Source: Octopus bimaculoides (Eukaryota). From it: a stretch of 54,399 bases of DNA. The first letter of the stretch is position 1; each line of letters starts with the position of its first letter. Below, in pieces: positions 35,070-48,557 of this stretch. The DNA lies in NCBI RefSeq assembly GCF_001194135.2, contig NC_068989.1:31503597-31557995 (forward strand), written 5' to 3'. The position numbers and the translations under genes are program-made. The notes under the pieces are model-generated. The model saw only the letters and a list, made by a program, of their open reading frames with translations. It was not told the DNA's origin and ran no database searches.

Positions 35070-38000
35070 ATTTATACAATAGTCAATTTCATGTTGCCAG
35101 CACATGTTTCAATTTCTCACCTTCATTCATATTTTACAATTAAAATTACATTATGAATTTAAAAGATAAAAATCTCTTCAGAGCAAAATTGACACATACT
35201 CATTTACATCCTAAAGGATGAAGAGTTCCTTACAGACTGAATAACAGCATGTGTGTCTTTGGATTCCATTCTAAAAATAGCTAGAGGTTAAACTACGACC
35301 ACAGTGGACAATGGCTAGTTGCAGTCCTGCATATCTAGGTCATATTACTATTCACCCTTAATGGAATTTAGATCTGTTATTTTTAGAGGCTGGCTGCCAC
35401 TCCTACCCCTACCCACTTGTCAAAAAAATGAAAAATAAATATATATATATTAGTAAGTATCCAAATTATATTTATATAACTTCTACTTATTTGAGAGAAT
35501 TTCAATTTTTATTACAATTTTTATTTATCTAGATGTATTAGACTTATTTGTTGATAGTTTGGGTTATTATATATTTAGTTAAACTAATTTTTATATTTTT
35601 TAATGGGGGTACAGTTCACTATGTATCACATGCATGGAGTTAGATTATTTTCAAATGGTGAGAGTAGTTTTCACTTTAAAATTTGTTCCTATGTTTATTT
35701 TAATTTTATCATTCAAGGAGTATTTATTTAAATATAATTTATTATTTAAAATTTATGAAATATATATATATTTCTTTTCCTTATGAATATAACAAGCTTT
35801 TTATCCCTCATTTATTTAATATAATTGTTAATTTATTTAGATACATCAGCTGATAGTAAGGGCTTCAATGTGTATTCCTCTATTTGATAAATATTAAATA
35901 ATCATTAGTTCTAAATATTGATTTATTCACATAATGCTTATTTAATTATATTTATTTGTATTTACAAGATGTATATCTATTCTTATAATATCTAATTAAT
36001 TTTATTTATTTGAATTTATTAAATGTATATTTAATCCTTTGTAGACAACAAAATCCTTTCTCTCTTATTGTTGATTAATTTATGCTTGGATGTAATGATC
36101 TGGAAAAATCTTCTCTATACATAAGTCACACCTTTTTCTTCCAGTGCTATAAGATTTTGCCCAGTTAATTACTTCCCACTTCAGCATATAGTCCTTATTT
36201 TTGTCCAAAAATTTTTTAACAGAGTGTGGACTATTATAACTTAGCACTAAGAAAAGCAGGATATATGCAAAAATTAAAATACTATGGACCAAAGGATAAC
36301 TCTAATAATAAGAACTATATGCATAAAGCAAGATACAAACAAAAATTAGAATACTAAGAACCAAACGTAAATTCTAATAATAAGAACTATACACAAAATG
36401 GAATCCATAATAATGAGATTAAAATATAGGAAAATAAACATGGATAAAATTATTACAGATGGAATTTGATATAAAATAGATAATACTATAAGAATAAATA
36501 CCAAGAAACAAATAGAAGGCATAAATAAAGCAAAAAACAAATAGCAAAGATAGAAACAGTGAGGAACTAATAAAATTTAAAGATAATAGAAGGCCAAAAA
36601 CAAAACACTATAATAATGAAAATTGTGACGACTTAAAAATAAAAACTTAAATAGGATAGGAAATAAAAAAAGGTAGAAATGGAAAACCTAAATGGTAATA
36701 TTTATAACAATTCTGTAAAACGTTGCACCCCATGTATAAATGTAATTAACCTCCAGAAAAATTACCGTAAAAAGAATTGCTATGAAAATATAGTATGGTT
36801 CATAATACCATTTGCAAAATAAATTAGAACCAGTATATTGAAATTATTTTACAAAGCTATCTCTAAATATTTTTCAAGGGAAAACAAATATCACAAAATA
36901 ATAAACTCACAAATTAAGGGCAGGTTTCTGCATTTCCAAAAACATTGCACAAATTATATCTGCACAAAATACTAAANNNNNNNNNNTAAAAAAAGGTAGA
37001 AATGGAAAACCTAAATGGTAATATTTATAACAATTCTGTAAAACGTTGCACCCCATGTATAAATGTAATTAACCTCCAGAAAAATTACCGTAAAAAGAAT
37101 TGCTATGAAAATATAGTATGGTTCATAATACCATTTGCAAAATAAATTAGAACCAGTATATTGAAATTATTTTACAAAGCTATCTCTAAATATTTTTCAA
37201 GGGAAAACAAATATCACAAAATAATAAACTCACAAATTAAGGGCAGGTTTCTGCATTTCCAAAAACATTGCACAAATTATATCTGCACAAAATACTAAAA
37301 AATTAAATGATTTCTAGAATGGCCAAAATGACGAAGGTCATAATGATAGTATGAAATACACAACAAGCAAAGGAAGGGAAGTAACCTTTAATGACTTCCC
37401 ACTAAGACTGAAAAATATAAACTTGCAACCAACACAAAGAAAAAATAAACATAATAATAATAACAAAAATGATAATAAAAACACTAATGCAAATGATTTA
37501 AATATATGTGCTGAGTCTTATAGTAGCAACAACAGATGTAAAATAAGTTACAATATAAATATTAAGGTAGATAAGAAAAAGAAAGAAGTTAATCATTAGT
37601 TAAGACCCATAACATAAGAAATAAACATAGCGAAAATAACCCTGAAAACAGGAAAAATAGGCACAGCATTATTAACAAGGAAACAGCGACAGGCATCAGC
37701 AACCTACCTGACCCGATCGTGATAACAAAACCTGTGATTGTGCAAATAAATATAAAGATAGATGTCCATTAAGAAATTTTTGTGGAGAAAAAAGTCTAAT
37801 ATATATGTGTAAAGTAATGTCTGAGGGGCAGGATTACTACTATATAGGTTCCATGGAAAATTATATAAAGAAAAGGATAGCCAACCATGAAAGCACTTTT
37901 AGAGATAAGAGAAAAGAAGCTAGGACTAGTTTAAGTAGATTAATTTGGGCAGTTAAGGATTAAAATAAAGACTATACACTGAAGTGGGAAGTAATTAGGC

Positions 38001-39095
38001 AAAATCTTTTAGCACTGGAAGAAAAAGGTATGACTTATGCGTAGAGGAAATTTTCCAGATCATTACATCCAAGCAGAAATTAATCAACAATAAGAGAGAA
38101 AGAGGATTTTGTTGTCCACACAGGATTAAATATACGTTTAATAAATTTAAATTAAATAAACATTATAAAAATAGATATACATCTAGTAAATTGAAATAAA
38201 TATAATTAAATAGGTATTATGTGAATAAATCAATATCTAGAACTAATGATTATATAATATTAACCAAATAGAATACACATTGAAACCCTTACTATCAGCT
38301 GATATATATAAATAAATCAATTAACAATTATATTAAATAAATGAGGGATAGAGTGCTTGTTATATTCACAAGGAAAAGATATATATATATTTAATAAATT
38401 TTAAATAATGAATTATATTTAAACAAACATTCTGTGAATGATAAAATTAAAATAAACAGGAACAAATCTTAAAATGAAATGTATTCTCACCATTTGAGAA
38501 TAATCTAACTCCATGCATGTGATACATAGTGAATCGTGCCCCCATTAAAATATATAAAAATTAGTTTAACTAAATATGTATATTAACCCAAACTATCAAC
38601 AAATAAGTTTAATAAATCTAAATAAATAAAGAATTGTAATAAAAATTAAAATTCTTTCAATTAAATAAATAGAAGCTAAATAAATGTATTAATTTGGATA
38701 TTTATTAATACGTATATTTTTACTTTGCATTCTTTTGAGTTGTAACCAGCCTTTGAAAAAAAACAGATCTAAATTCCATTAAGGGTGAATGGTAATATGA
38801 CCTAGATGTTCAGGACTGCAACTAGCCATTGTCCACTGTGGTCGTAGTTTAACTTCTAGCTATTTTTAGAATGGAATTCCAAAACACACATGCCGACACA
38901 CACACACACACATGCTACTATTCAGTCAGTGAGGAAATCTCCATCCTTTAGGATGTGAATGTATATATGTTGATTTTGCCCTGAAGAGATTTTTACCTTT
39001 TAAATTCATAATGCAATTTTAATTGTAAAATATGAATGAAAGTGAGAAATTGGATGTGTGTAGGTGATGTGAAATTGACTGTAATATAATTAAAT
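35070..39095 (+). mobile_element. 5'-truncated Penelope-like element (linker plus GIY-YIG plus pLTR) preceded by an inverted copy of its own 3' end
   Basis: About 35070-36200 is the diverged reverse complement of about 37965-39095. Plus strand IVWFIIPF linker, and CPLRNFCGEKSLIYMCKV...YYIGSME...NHESTF...YTLKWEVI. Hammerhead-like motifs at 35094-35186 (-) and 38976-39067 (+). Confidence 0.85.
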
Positions 39096-39599
39096 TGATT
39101 TTTTTGGTGTTCACACTCACGATTTTTTTTATATTGCATTATTAAAATTCTGTTCTCCTATATAAGATAGATGTAAGCATCTATAACGACAATTGGGACT
39201 TCATAAGTTTTGAGCACTGATGTCAAAGAAGAACCATCAATAAACGGTAATACCAACACAAATTAACAAATTCCAGGAAAATTAACTGATATGGAGATAA
39301 ACCAGTGTATGCTTGGATGAAATACATCCCCATTGAAGGAGCAACGTCTTTCCATTCTAAAGCTCGTTACACACACACACACACATATATATATTATATG
39401 TATTATATATATAAACATATTATATATATATACTATATATATATATATATATATATATNNNNNNNNNNNNNNNNNNNNNNNNNNNNNNNNNNNNNNNNNN
39501 NNNNNNNNNNNNNNNNNNNNNNNNNNNNNNNNNNNNNNNNNNNNNNNNNNNNNNNNNNNNNNNNNNNNNNNNNNNNNNNNNNNNNNNNNNNNNNNAAAA

Positions 39600-40575
39600 G
39601 AAAAAATTTTTTAAAGAATATTTGCATAGTATTCAAATACAAGGGGCATTTTCCTTGTTTCTGTCTCTCTTGTGGGTTTGAGGTCTTTGTGAATTCTTGG
39701 CAAGGAAGAAGGAGAAGGATGAGGAGGAGAAGAAGAATGCAGGAGTGACTTGTGGATGGTAGTAGTGATTGAATTCATGAGACATCTCTTTTGAATGAAG
39801 TATTTATAAAATTTGTGTAGGTGCAATAGTAGTAAAGTTAGGGACGAGGTGGTGGAGAGGAAGAAGAAGGAGAAAGAGAAGGGAGAATAATAAAGGAATG
39901 CAGGTGGTATGATAGTAGTAGGATTTTAAATGGTCAAGTGACCTAAAAGTGGTTTGTTATGGATTACAGCAGTGATTGGGACTATTTTTTAATGAATTCT
40001 TGGGAATCTCTTGAATGTATCATTTTTAATATTTGCGTGTGTGTTTATGTTATTCTAAGGCCATGGTGGATATATCATTTGTTGTAGATGCATTCAAAAG
40101 GGGTCTGTATTTTGTAATAAAGAGAGTCTCTTTACTTATTCGTTGGCTACAGGTTGTATCGTCCATGAGTTGGTAGAGAGGAAAAATTCTGAAGCTTGGA
40201 TTTTTGTTATTGGCGCAAATGTCAATGTGTTGGCTGAATGCTATTTCTCTGCTTTGAGGAATTTTGATCTAGGATCTGTGCAGAACCATCCTTTTATGTA
40301 GACTGTGTTTTGTTTGGCCTGTGCATTGTTCTTGACACCCAGAGCAGGTTAGGGTATATATCAGGATATGTACTATAGTTTCTAATGCAAACACCAGAGA
40401 CACAGGACTACATGAACTAAAGGATACCCTCATCACCAGGAACTACCCACCTTCACTAATTGACATAGGCTTTCAACGTGCCCTTCAACTCACAACAATC
40501 TTGAATCCACAAGAGTAAACAAGAGACAGAAACAGGCAGAAACAAGGAAAGTGCCCCTTGTATTTCAATACTTTC
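39600..40575 (-). mobile_element. Rearranged Penelope-like fragment (GIY-YIG on minus, thumb/linker piece inverted)
   Basis: Minus LIYTLTCSGCQEQCTGQTKHSLHKRMVLH...QHIDIC...KYRPLLN (about 40090-40375); plus RDTGLHELKDTLITRNYPPSLID (about 40395-40500); the linker TETRKxPLVF occurs inverted at about 39620-39680 and 40505-40570. Confidence 0.75.
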
Positions 40576-40579
40576 TTTA

Positions 40580-40735
40580 CTCTTTTACTTGTTTCAGTCA
40601 TTTGACTGTGGCCATGCTGGAGCACCACCTTTAGTTGAGCAAATCGACCCCAGGACTTATTCTTTGTAAGCCTAGTACTTATTCTATCAGTCTCTCTTGC
40701 TGAACCGCTAAGTGACGGGGACGTAAACACAGACA
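40580..40735 (-). mobile_element. CORE-like SINE, 3' half
   Basis: Reverse complement of the 4790-4940 sequence. Confidence 0.85.
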
Positions 40736-41502
40736 CACACACATATATACATATATATATATATATATANNNNNNNNNNNNNNNNNNNNNNNNNNNNNNN
40801 NNNNNNNNNNNNNNNNNNNNNNNNNNNNNNNNNNNNNNNNNNNNNNNNNNNNNNNNNNNNNNNNNNNNNNNNNNNNNNNNNNNNNNNNNNNNNNNNNNNN
40901 NNNNNNNNNNNNNNNNNNNNNNNNNNNNNNNNNNNNNNNNNNNNNNNNNNNNNNNNNNNNNNNNNNNNNNNNNNNNNNNNNNNNNNNNNNNNNNNNNNNN
41001 NNNNNNNNNNNNNNNNNNNNNNNNNNNNNNNNNNNNNNNNNNNNNNNNNNNNNNNNNNNNNNNNNNNNNNNNNNNNNNNNNNNNNNNNNNNNNNNNNNNN
41101 NNNNNNNNNNNNNNNNNNNNNNNNNNNNNNNNNNNNNNNNNNNNNNNNNNNNNNNNNNNNNNNNNNNNNNNNNNNNNNNNNNNNNNNNNNNNNNNNNNNN
41201 NNNNNNNNNNNNNNNNNNNNNNNNNNNNNNNNNNNNNNNNNNNNNNNNNNNNNNNNNNNNNNNNNNNNNNNNNNNNNNNNNNNNNNNNNNNNNNNNNNNN
41301 NNNNNNNNNNNNNNNNNNNNNNNNNNNNNNNNTATATATATATATATATATATATTATGGAGTTGTACTTGCATAGCAAGTGACTTGATCTGAGAGCGTG
41401 TACTGAAAGAAAAACAATTGCAGCATGGAAGGTGTTTATAAGCCATTTAAAAACACACACAAAAAACCCGTTAGATTCACTTCAACATTTAAATTTAACT
41501 TG

Positions 41503-41549
41503 TGTCAAAATATTTTTGTCTCTCTGAAACTGCGACCTATTCACTGACA
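41503..41549 (-). ncRNA. Hammerhead-shaped motif with non-canonical core (G3, U8, A12)
   Basis: tgtca-GTGAATA-g-GTCgC-agtttcaga-GaGAC-aAA-AATATT-t-tgaca: perfect 5-bp stem I, stem II, palindromic stem III and exact core spacing, but three core substitutions. Confidence 0.4.
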
Positions 41550-41559
41550 AAACTTTGTG

Positions 41560-42094
41560 CTGCATATAATATATGTATCATATATCTTATATTATATTTA
41601 CATCCCCCCTTCATCGTTAACCCTCCCTCATAATCCATCCCACCCCTACCCCACCTTCCCATCCCATCACTTACACCCACACTCCACCTATGCTTTCCCT
41701 ACTCTCGTATCCCCCACCTCCCAACACCCTCACATCACACCATATCATACAATATATCACTTCACAACACACCACAAGGCACACACTAGCACTGACCAAT
41801 TCCCATCCCCACATTTTCACACCTTCACACCTACATACACACATGCATACATTAAGATCACCAGCATTCTCTCACACACACGCACCTTCGTTTTGGGATC
41901 ACTACTTCTTGTTATCTTCCCTTCTTCTTAACTCTCCTGTGTGATCCTTCTGTCCGGCATTCGCCATGATAGATCGCTGACCACTACACATATTTTTTCT
42001 CTCCTTGTTTCTTTCTGTGTTCCTTTCTGTTGAAGAGCGTAGGCTCGAAACGTTAAAGATTTTCTCTATTCCCGAGCGTTATACTAATACATCC
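41560..42094 (+). mobile_element. Penelope-like pLTR with minimal hammerhead (42023-42058)
   Basis: C/A-rich leader, then cttt-CTGTTGA-a-GAGC-gtag-GCTC-GAA-ACGT-t-aaag (A6 mutated to T); same layout as 800-1057. Confidence 0.7.
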
Positions 42095-42736
42095 NNNNNN
42101 NNNNNNNNNNNNNNNNNNNNNNNNNNNNNNNNNNNNNNNNNNNNNNNNNNNNNNNNNNNNNNNNNNNNNNNNNNNNNNNNNNNNNNNNNNNNNNNNNNNN
42201 NNNNNNNNNNNNNNNNNNNNNNNNNNNNNNNNNNNNNNNNNNNNNNNNNNNNNNNNNNNNNNNNNNNNNNNNNNNNNNNNNNNNNNNNNNNNNNNNNNNN
42301 NNNNNNNNNNNNNNNNNNNNNNNNNNNNNNNNNNNNNNNNNNNNNNNNNNNNNNNNNNNNNNNNNNNNNNNNNNNNNNNNNNNNNNNNNNNNNNNNNNNN
42401 NNNNNNNNNNNNNNNNNNNNNNNNNNNNNNNNNNNNNNNNNNNNNNNNNNNNNNNNNNNNNNNNNNNNNNNNNNNNNNNNNNNNNNNNNNNNNNNNNNNN
42501 NNNNNNNNNNNNNNNNNNNNNNNNNNNNNNNNNNNNNNNNNNNNNNNNNNNNNNNNNNNNNNNNNNNNNNNNNNNNNNNNNNNNNNNNNNNNNNNNNNNN
42601 NNNNNNNNNNNNNNNNNNNNNNNNNNNNNNNNNNNNNNNNNNNNNNNNNNNNNNNNNNNNNNNNNNNNNNNNNNNNNNNNNNNNNNNNNNNNNNNNNNNN
42701 NNNNNNNNNNNNNNNNNNNNNNNNNNNNNNNNNNNN

Positions 42737-45235
42737 ATAATTAATTAATAATATCTCCTTAAATTCATTAGTACACAGCTTACAAAAATTATTACCTATA
42801 CGATAGGATTTCGCCTTACAAACTATCTCCCATTGTAAAATGTACTTAATATTTTTAGATTTAAGTTCCCAAATATATTTACTAAGGTCAGTAGAATTAA
42901 TCAAATTTCTATTCTTAAAGGAGTGCATATGTTGAGTCACCCGTAATTTAATTTTATTAGAAGTCGATCCTATATAAATCTTATTTAAATTATAACCATT
43001 ATGTTTATTCCCGTCTATTAAAGTCACTATGCATTTATACACGACATCCTTCAAATTGCATTTATTATTAAATTTACATTTAGTCTTATCTCTACCTGTA
43101 CAATTAATTATATTCTAGTCCTCATTATTATTATTATTAGAATAAGTATTTAATTTATCTACTTTAATAATAATTATAATGTTACTAATAATAATGATGT
43201 AGATAATTTAGATTATATTAATTCTAAATTTAAATCTTGAAAAGAATCCCCGTATAATAGGGATTTACAGATTTTAGAAGATAATATTTGGAAGGTAGTG
43301 AAAAATATTAAATTTCAAAATATCCAAATTGATATAATGATTATTTAAGAAATCTAGCTATTAAAATAAAATAATTTAGAAATATGGATGGAATTATAAG
43401 TACAATCAGATAAAACTAGGAACCTGTGTAACCTACATGTCAAATTATATGATTACCTATTAGAAAAAGAAGTTAATAAAAAATATAAAATTGCTCCGGA
43501 TAATACTTTATATTCTATAAATAAGGCTTCTAAATTAATAATGTTGAAATATGAATTAGATAATAAGACTGAACCTTATGTACCATAGAATTACTTTGAA
43601 AGACCATAGGGATAATTTTTATTCTGACCCTAAAGTTAGGCTTATTTGTCCTTGCAAATTTTGTCCTAGGTAAATTAAGTAAGATCATTTTAGATAAATA
43701 TATTTAATGATATTAATTACCTTAAATTATGGAATAGTAATGTAGATACTTTAAAATGGTTTAATAATATTAAAGATAAAAATAGATATAAATTTATTCA
43801 AATAGATATTGATAATTATTCTTCTATTAATGAGATTGTACTTAATAAGGCCCTAATTTATGCAATGAAGAAGGTAGGTATGACTTATGATGAAGTCAAT
43901 GTAGTTAAAATGGCTAGGAAATCGTTGATTAAATATAATAAGTTGTGGGCTAGGAAAGATACTAGGGACTATTTTGATATACCAATGGGGGTACCTGATT
44001 CAGCAGAGGTAACTGATTTAGTAGGTATATATTTATTATCAGAGCTTCAACTTGAAAGTCATCCCTACATAAATAGGGATGACCTTTTATTACTAAGAAT
44101 TGCACCAATAGAACACTAGAATTATATAAGAAGAGAATATATATATGTTTAAAAGAAATGGATTAAAGATTACTATTTATAATGAGAATTATAATATAAA
44201 TTATCTAGATGCTAATTTTAACTTATCTACAGGTAATATCCAACCTCTTATGGTAATTATACATTCATGCAAAAAGTAATCATCCACCCTCTATTAAAAA
44301 CTCGTTAACATTTACTATAGGTAAGAGAATATAATTACTTTCATCCAATTTAGAGATCTTCGAAAAACATGCACCTTATTACAATAAAGCCCTTCGCGAG
44401 GCGGGATATACTAATGATATTAAATTTTTTAATAATCCGAAGTATAATTATAATTTTATTAGTAATGATTATAATATTAATGATCTATTTAATAAACATA
44501 ACCTTTATAATTATAATTTCTATTTAGGTAATTATGGTAAGAATAATAAGTATTATGATAATAAATTACATAACCATAAACATAATTGTAATGGAGACAA
44601 TAATAGATTTAAATTTAATTCTTTTAATGATAATAATAAATTTAATAATATAAATAATAAATACAATAATNNNNNNNNNNNNNNNNNNNNNNNNNNNNNN
44701 NNNNNNNNNNNNNNNNNNNNNNNNNNNNNNNNNNNNNNNNNNNNNNNNNNNNNNNNNNNNNNNNNNNNNNNNNNNNNNNNNNNNNNNNNNNNNNNNNNNN
44801 NNNNNNNNNNNNNNNNNNNNNNNNNNNNNNNNNNNNNNNNNNNNNNNNNNNNNNNNNNNNNNNNNNNNNNNNNNNNNNNNNNNNNNNNNNNNNNNNNNNN
44901 NNNNNNNNNNNNNNNNNNNNNNNNNNNNNNNNNNNNNNNNNNNNNNNNNNNNNNNNNNNNNNNNNNNNNNNNNNNNNNNNNNNNNNNNNNNNNNNNNNNN
45001 NNNNNNNNNNNNNNNATTTGGGAACTTAAATCTAAAAATATTAAGTACATTTTACAATGGGAGATAGTTTGTAAGGCGAAATCCTATCGTATAGATAATA
45101 ATTTTTGTAAGTTGTGTACTAATGAATTTAAGGAAATATTATTAAATAATTATAATACTTTGAATAATTCTTTTGATGAATGAAAAATTAAATGTAGACA
45201 TAAATTACTTTATTTATATAATAAGTTTAGCTAAC

Positions 45236-45302
<67 letters not shown>

Positions 45303-45319
45303 TATGTATTTATATGTAT

Positions 45320-45377
<58 letters not shown>

Positions 45378-46551
45378 ATGTGTGTATATATATGTGTGTG
45401 TGTGTGTGTGTGACTATATATACTATTCTTTCTTTACTAAATGTAGTAGTTATAATTTATATTCATTAATTGTGTATTTATGTTAATATTTTTAGTGAGT
45501 TTAAGGATTTAATATTTTAATGACACAATAATTTTTATAAAATTAATAATATAAATATTTTAATTAATTAATTTAATTATAGTATTTTAGCTTATTTCAT
45601 ATATATTATTTAAGTTATGTTTCTTAGTCTTATTCTTTAGAATCTATAATTACTTAGATTTTAACGTTCAATAAAATATTTACAATATAGTTAATTTTTT
45701 TATTATGATTTAAGTTATATAAAGTTTAATTTTCTTTCATGATTTTATAAATAAAACTTTCAGTCATGTTTTTATATCTTACTCTATTCTTTTTCTTTAC
45801 ACAATATCTTCACGCGACTTCTTTCTAATAAACGCTTAGTTCTGACTTTAAAACTTTTTAGTATTGATTTTATCTTCATTAATATTGTTAAATGATTTTC
45901 TATCATTGTTTGGAAAAATATGTATTTTTATATTAATTCAATTGATATTTAATGTTAGCCGATACCTTATTTAACACTAAGTTAATAGTATTAAGTTTAT
46001 CATTTTAGTTTAAACCAAAATTTTGATTAGATTAGGGTTGCATTTTTTCCAATAATATTTTTTAATATTTGTTTTTTATTTATGGGATAAATGAGTAGTT
46101 TTTATATAATTTCTTTGATTATTAGTTAATATTCGAATTAAGGTTAAGTTAATAGTACAACATTTATAATTTTATTTAAACTAAAGATTCGATTAGATGA
46201 ATTTTGTATTTCTTTTCAATAATTTTGTTAAATGTATTTTCTTTTATTTAATGGTGATATAATTGTTTTTATATAAAATAATTTTTTGTTAGTTTATATT
46301 AAAATTAAAGTTATTTATATTTTCATAATTTTAGTTTAACCTAAAACTTCGTTTAAATTGTATTTTAAACGAAAGATTCGTTAAGATAAGATTTGCATTT
46401 AATATTTGTTAGTTTATGTCACGTTTATAATTTTCGATATGATTAGTATTAAATTTTCTTTTTAATAATATTGTTTAATATTTTTCTATCTTCATATAAT
46501 AAGTATTTTTATATACATTCATTTGTTATTTTTTGTTGGCTGATATATACA

Positions 46552-46589
<38 letters not shown>

Positions 46590-46800
46590 GTTGTTGAATT
46601 TTGACCTGAAGATTAGCTATATTTTTGAATAGAATTGATTTTCGATCGATTTGAATATATTTTATTTTCTATTTGAAAACTTGATTATGAAACACGTGTA
46701 GTCGTTTTATTATCATTATTTTATGATTTCTACTTTGTATTATATTATACTTATTTATCGTGCATTTACGTATTAATTTTTCTATATGTGACTGTGGATT
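42737..46800 (+). mobile_element. Very AT-rich Penelope-like element with an inverted endonuclease copy at its 5' side
   Basis: RT on plus (KFIQIDIDNY, FDIPMGVPDSAEVTDLVGIYLL, INRDD, HPPSI); EN tail on plus at 45017-45165; the same EN on minus at 42737-43054 (VVYKC...IYIGSTS...LSKYIWEL...CKLCTNE); hammerhead in the 3' pLTR. Confidence 0.85.
46602..46704 (+). ncRNA. Type I hammerhead motif, intact core, about 76-nt stem II region
   Basis: tgac-CTGAAGA-[76 nt incl. tttttgaatagaa/ttctatttgaaaa helix]-GAA-ACACGTGT-A-gtcg; the base of stem II pairs poorly. Confidence 0.55.
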
Positions 46801-46858
46801 TTCATGGATGAGTTCATGAACTTTGGTTCTTTTCTCTAAAACTATATATATATATATT

Positions 46859-47125
46859 CAGTGGTGGACTGGCCAGGTTGCCAGCTGGCCAGATGGCAAG
46901 TGACCTCCTGAACTATTAGAATCCATATATGGGGGCCCGTCCCCTCAAGTTTGAGAATTTTTTAATCACTCCTGGAAGAATGCATTAATTATTTCAGCCT
47001 GTGTTTGTAGACAGTTGAAAAGAATATTTATAACAAAAACAAAAAATTAAATGACAGCATTGTAGTTATAGGTGGGCCTCCTTAGTCTCCTGGCAACCAA
47101 TATTTTTAGACCCAGTCTGCCACTG
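46859..47125. mobile_element. hAT-like MITE
   Basis: TIRs cagtggtggactgg and ccagtctgccactg; inserted in (TA)n with a 7/8-matching flank (tatatatt vs tatatata). Confidence 0.75.
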
Positions 47126-47139
47126 TATATATATATATA

Positions 47140-47270
47140 TATATGTCTGCATTGCTGCCAGAAAACCCAACCTGATGCTTACAGGGAAGAGCCCAATACT
47201 TCTAAAGAAGTTTTATAGATGGTGTTTCTGAAGGATTTCCAAGATGACTCAATATCATCAGATACCTAGA
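47140..47270 (-). mobile_element. Probable RTE-clade LINE remnant (EN-RT linker)
   Basis: Minus strand SDDIESSWKSFRNTIYKTSLEVLG resembles the W..FR..IY..A.E.LG linker of RTE ORF2. Confidence 0.4.
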
Positions 47271-48512
47271 CTGAATCAAGAGAGGTTTCATTTGCTCAGA
47301 TAACTTTTGTTATTATGGCTGGATTCCAATGGCAAAACATCAACGCACTTTAGGATTGATGAGTTGGTTATATGTTGCTCTTGAGCAATGCCAAAGGAAG
47401 CTTTGCTCCACAAATGAGACAAGTTACTTAAGTTTTTGTCTGAAATAAAATCTCTAACAGACATGCTGAATTTAAAAGCACAATATATAGTGTGGGGAGA
47501 TGAAAAATTTTCTAGGCAACAGCTATTGAGAACACCAGATGCATTTGGGCATTGTCAATGACATATACTTGCAACCAGCCACTTGTCTAGATGAGATTTG
47601 TCACCTCTTATATAGGAAACAATGACTAATACATTCACTGCCATTGCAAATAGCCGCCGGGCTGAATAAAAATCCAGTGTATTCAATCAAAAGTAGTGTT
47701 AAATTACAATAGCCATCTTTGCATCATGGAATGTATACACACTCTTGATAAGCAAGTTACTGTGGTTTTCATCCAAGATAAAATCTCTAATAGACATGCT
47801 GTGCAACTGGTGAGAACACCAATTCCATTTCAGTCTTTTGGGGCCCTCGTCAATGATATGTGCTTGCAGCTAGACATATACCTAGAAGAGATTTGTCACC
47901 TCTGATATGGGGTCTCAGCAAGTTCACATAATTGACTAGGCCTAAATATACTGAAATATAGCTGGCATTCTCACTAGCTGTTGATGAGATAATTTTTTGA
48001 TTCCTTTTGATATATAATGCTTTTTAAACACAGCACATCCACATTTTTTTCAGACAAAAACTGCAGTAACTTTCCTGTACAAAGGAGTATAAACATTAAG
48101 TATGATATGTAGATGGCTATTTTAATGTAATATTGCCTCAATTCCATACATTGGATATTTTTCACCATGGCAGCTATTCATAATTTTAAAAATACATACA
48201 TACATAAATTGCATGTGTATTTCATCGTTTGTGTGTGTGTGAATGTTTGCAAGTATTTACTCAAATGTAACATAAACAAATATATTTCTGAACAACGATT
48301 TCATTTAATCAACTTGTTGGTTTCTTCTGTATACCAGCAGATTGAGAAGAAAAGTTACATTCTTTGTTTACTTTACGCATAGGCAAACATAGATCAGTCT
48401 CTATACACATCTAGTATATGTTGTTAGTGAGCACCGTTAGCAATTTCTATAAAAAAGAATAAGGCCATGCATATGTGTGTGTGTTTATATATATACATAT
48501 ATGTGTGTGTGT

Positions 48513-48557
<45 letters not shown>

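Noticed and set aside
36664-37299. Exact 313-bp direct repeat
   Set aside because: The identical copies flank a 10-N gap, typical of an unmerged contig overlap.
39160-39250. Possible plus-strand exon after a pyrimidine tract
   Set aside because: All three frames hit stops before the donor-like site; no supporting evidence.
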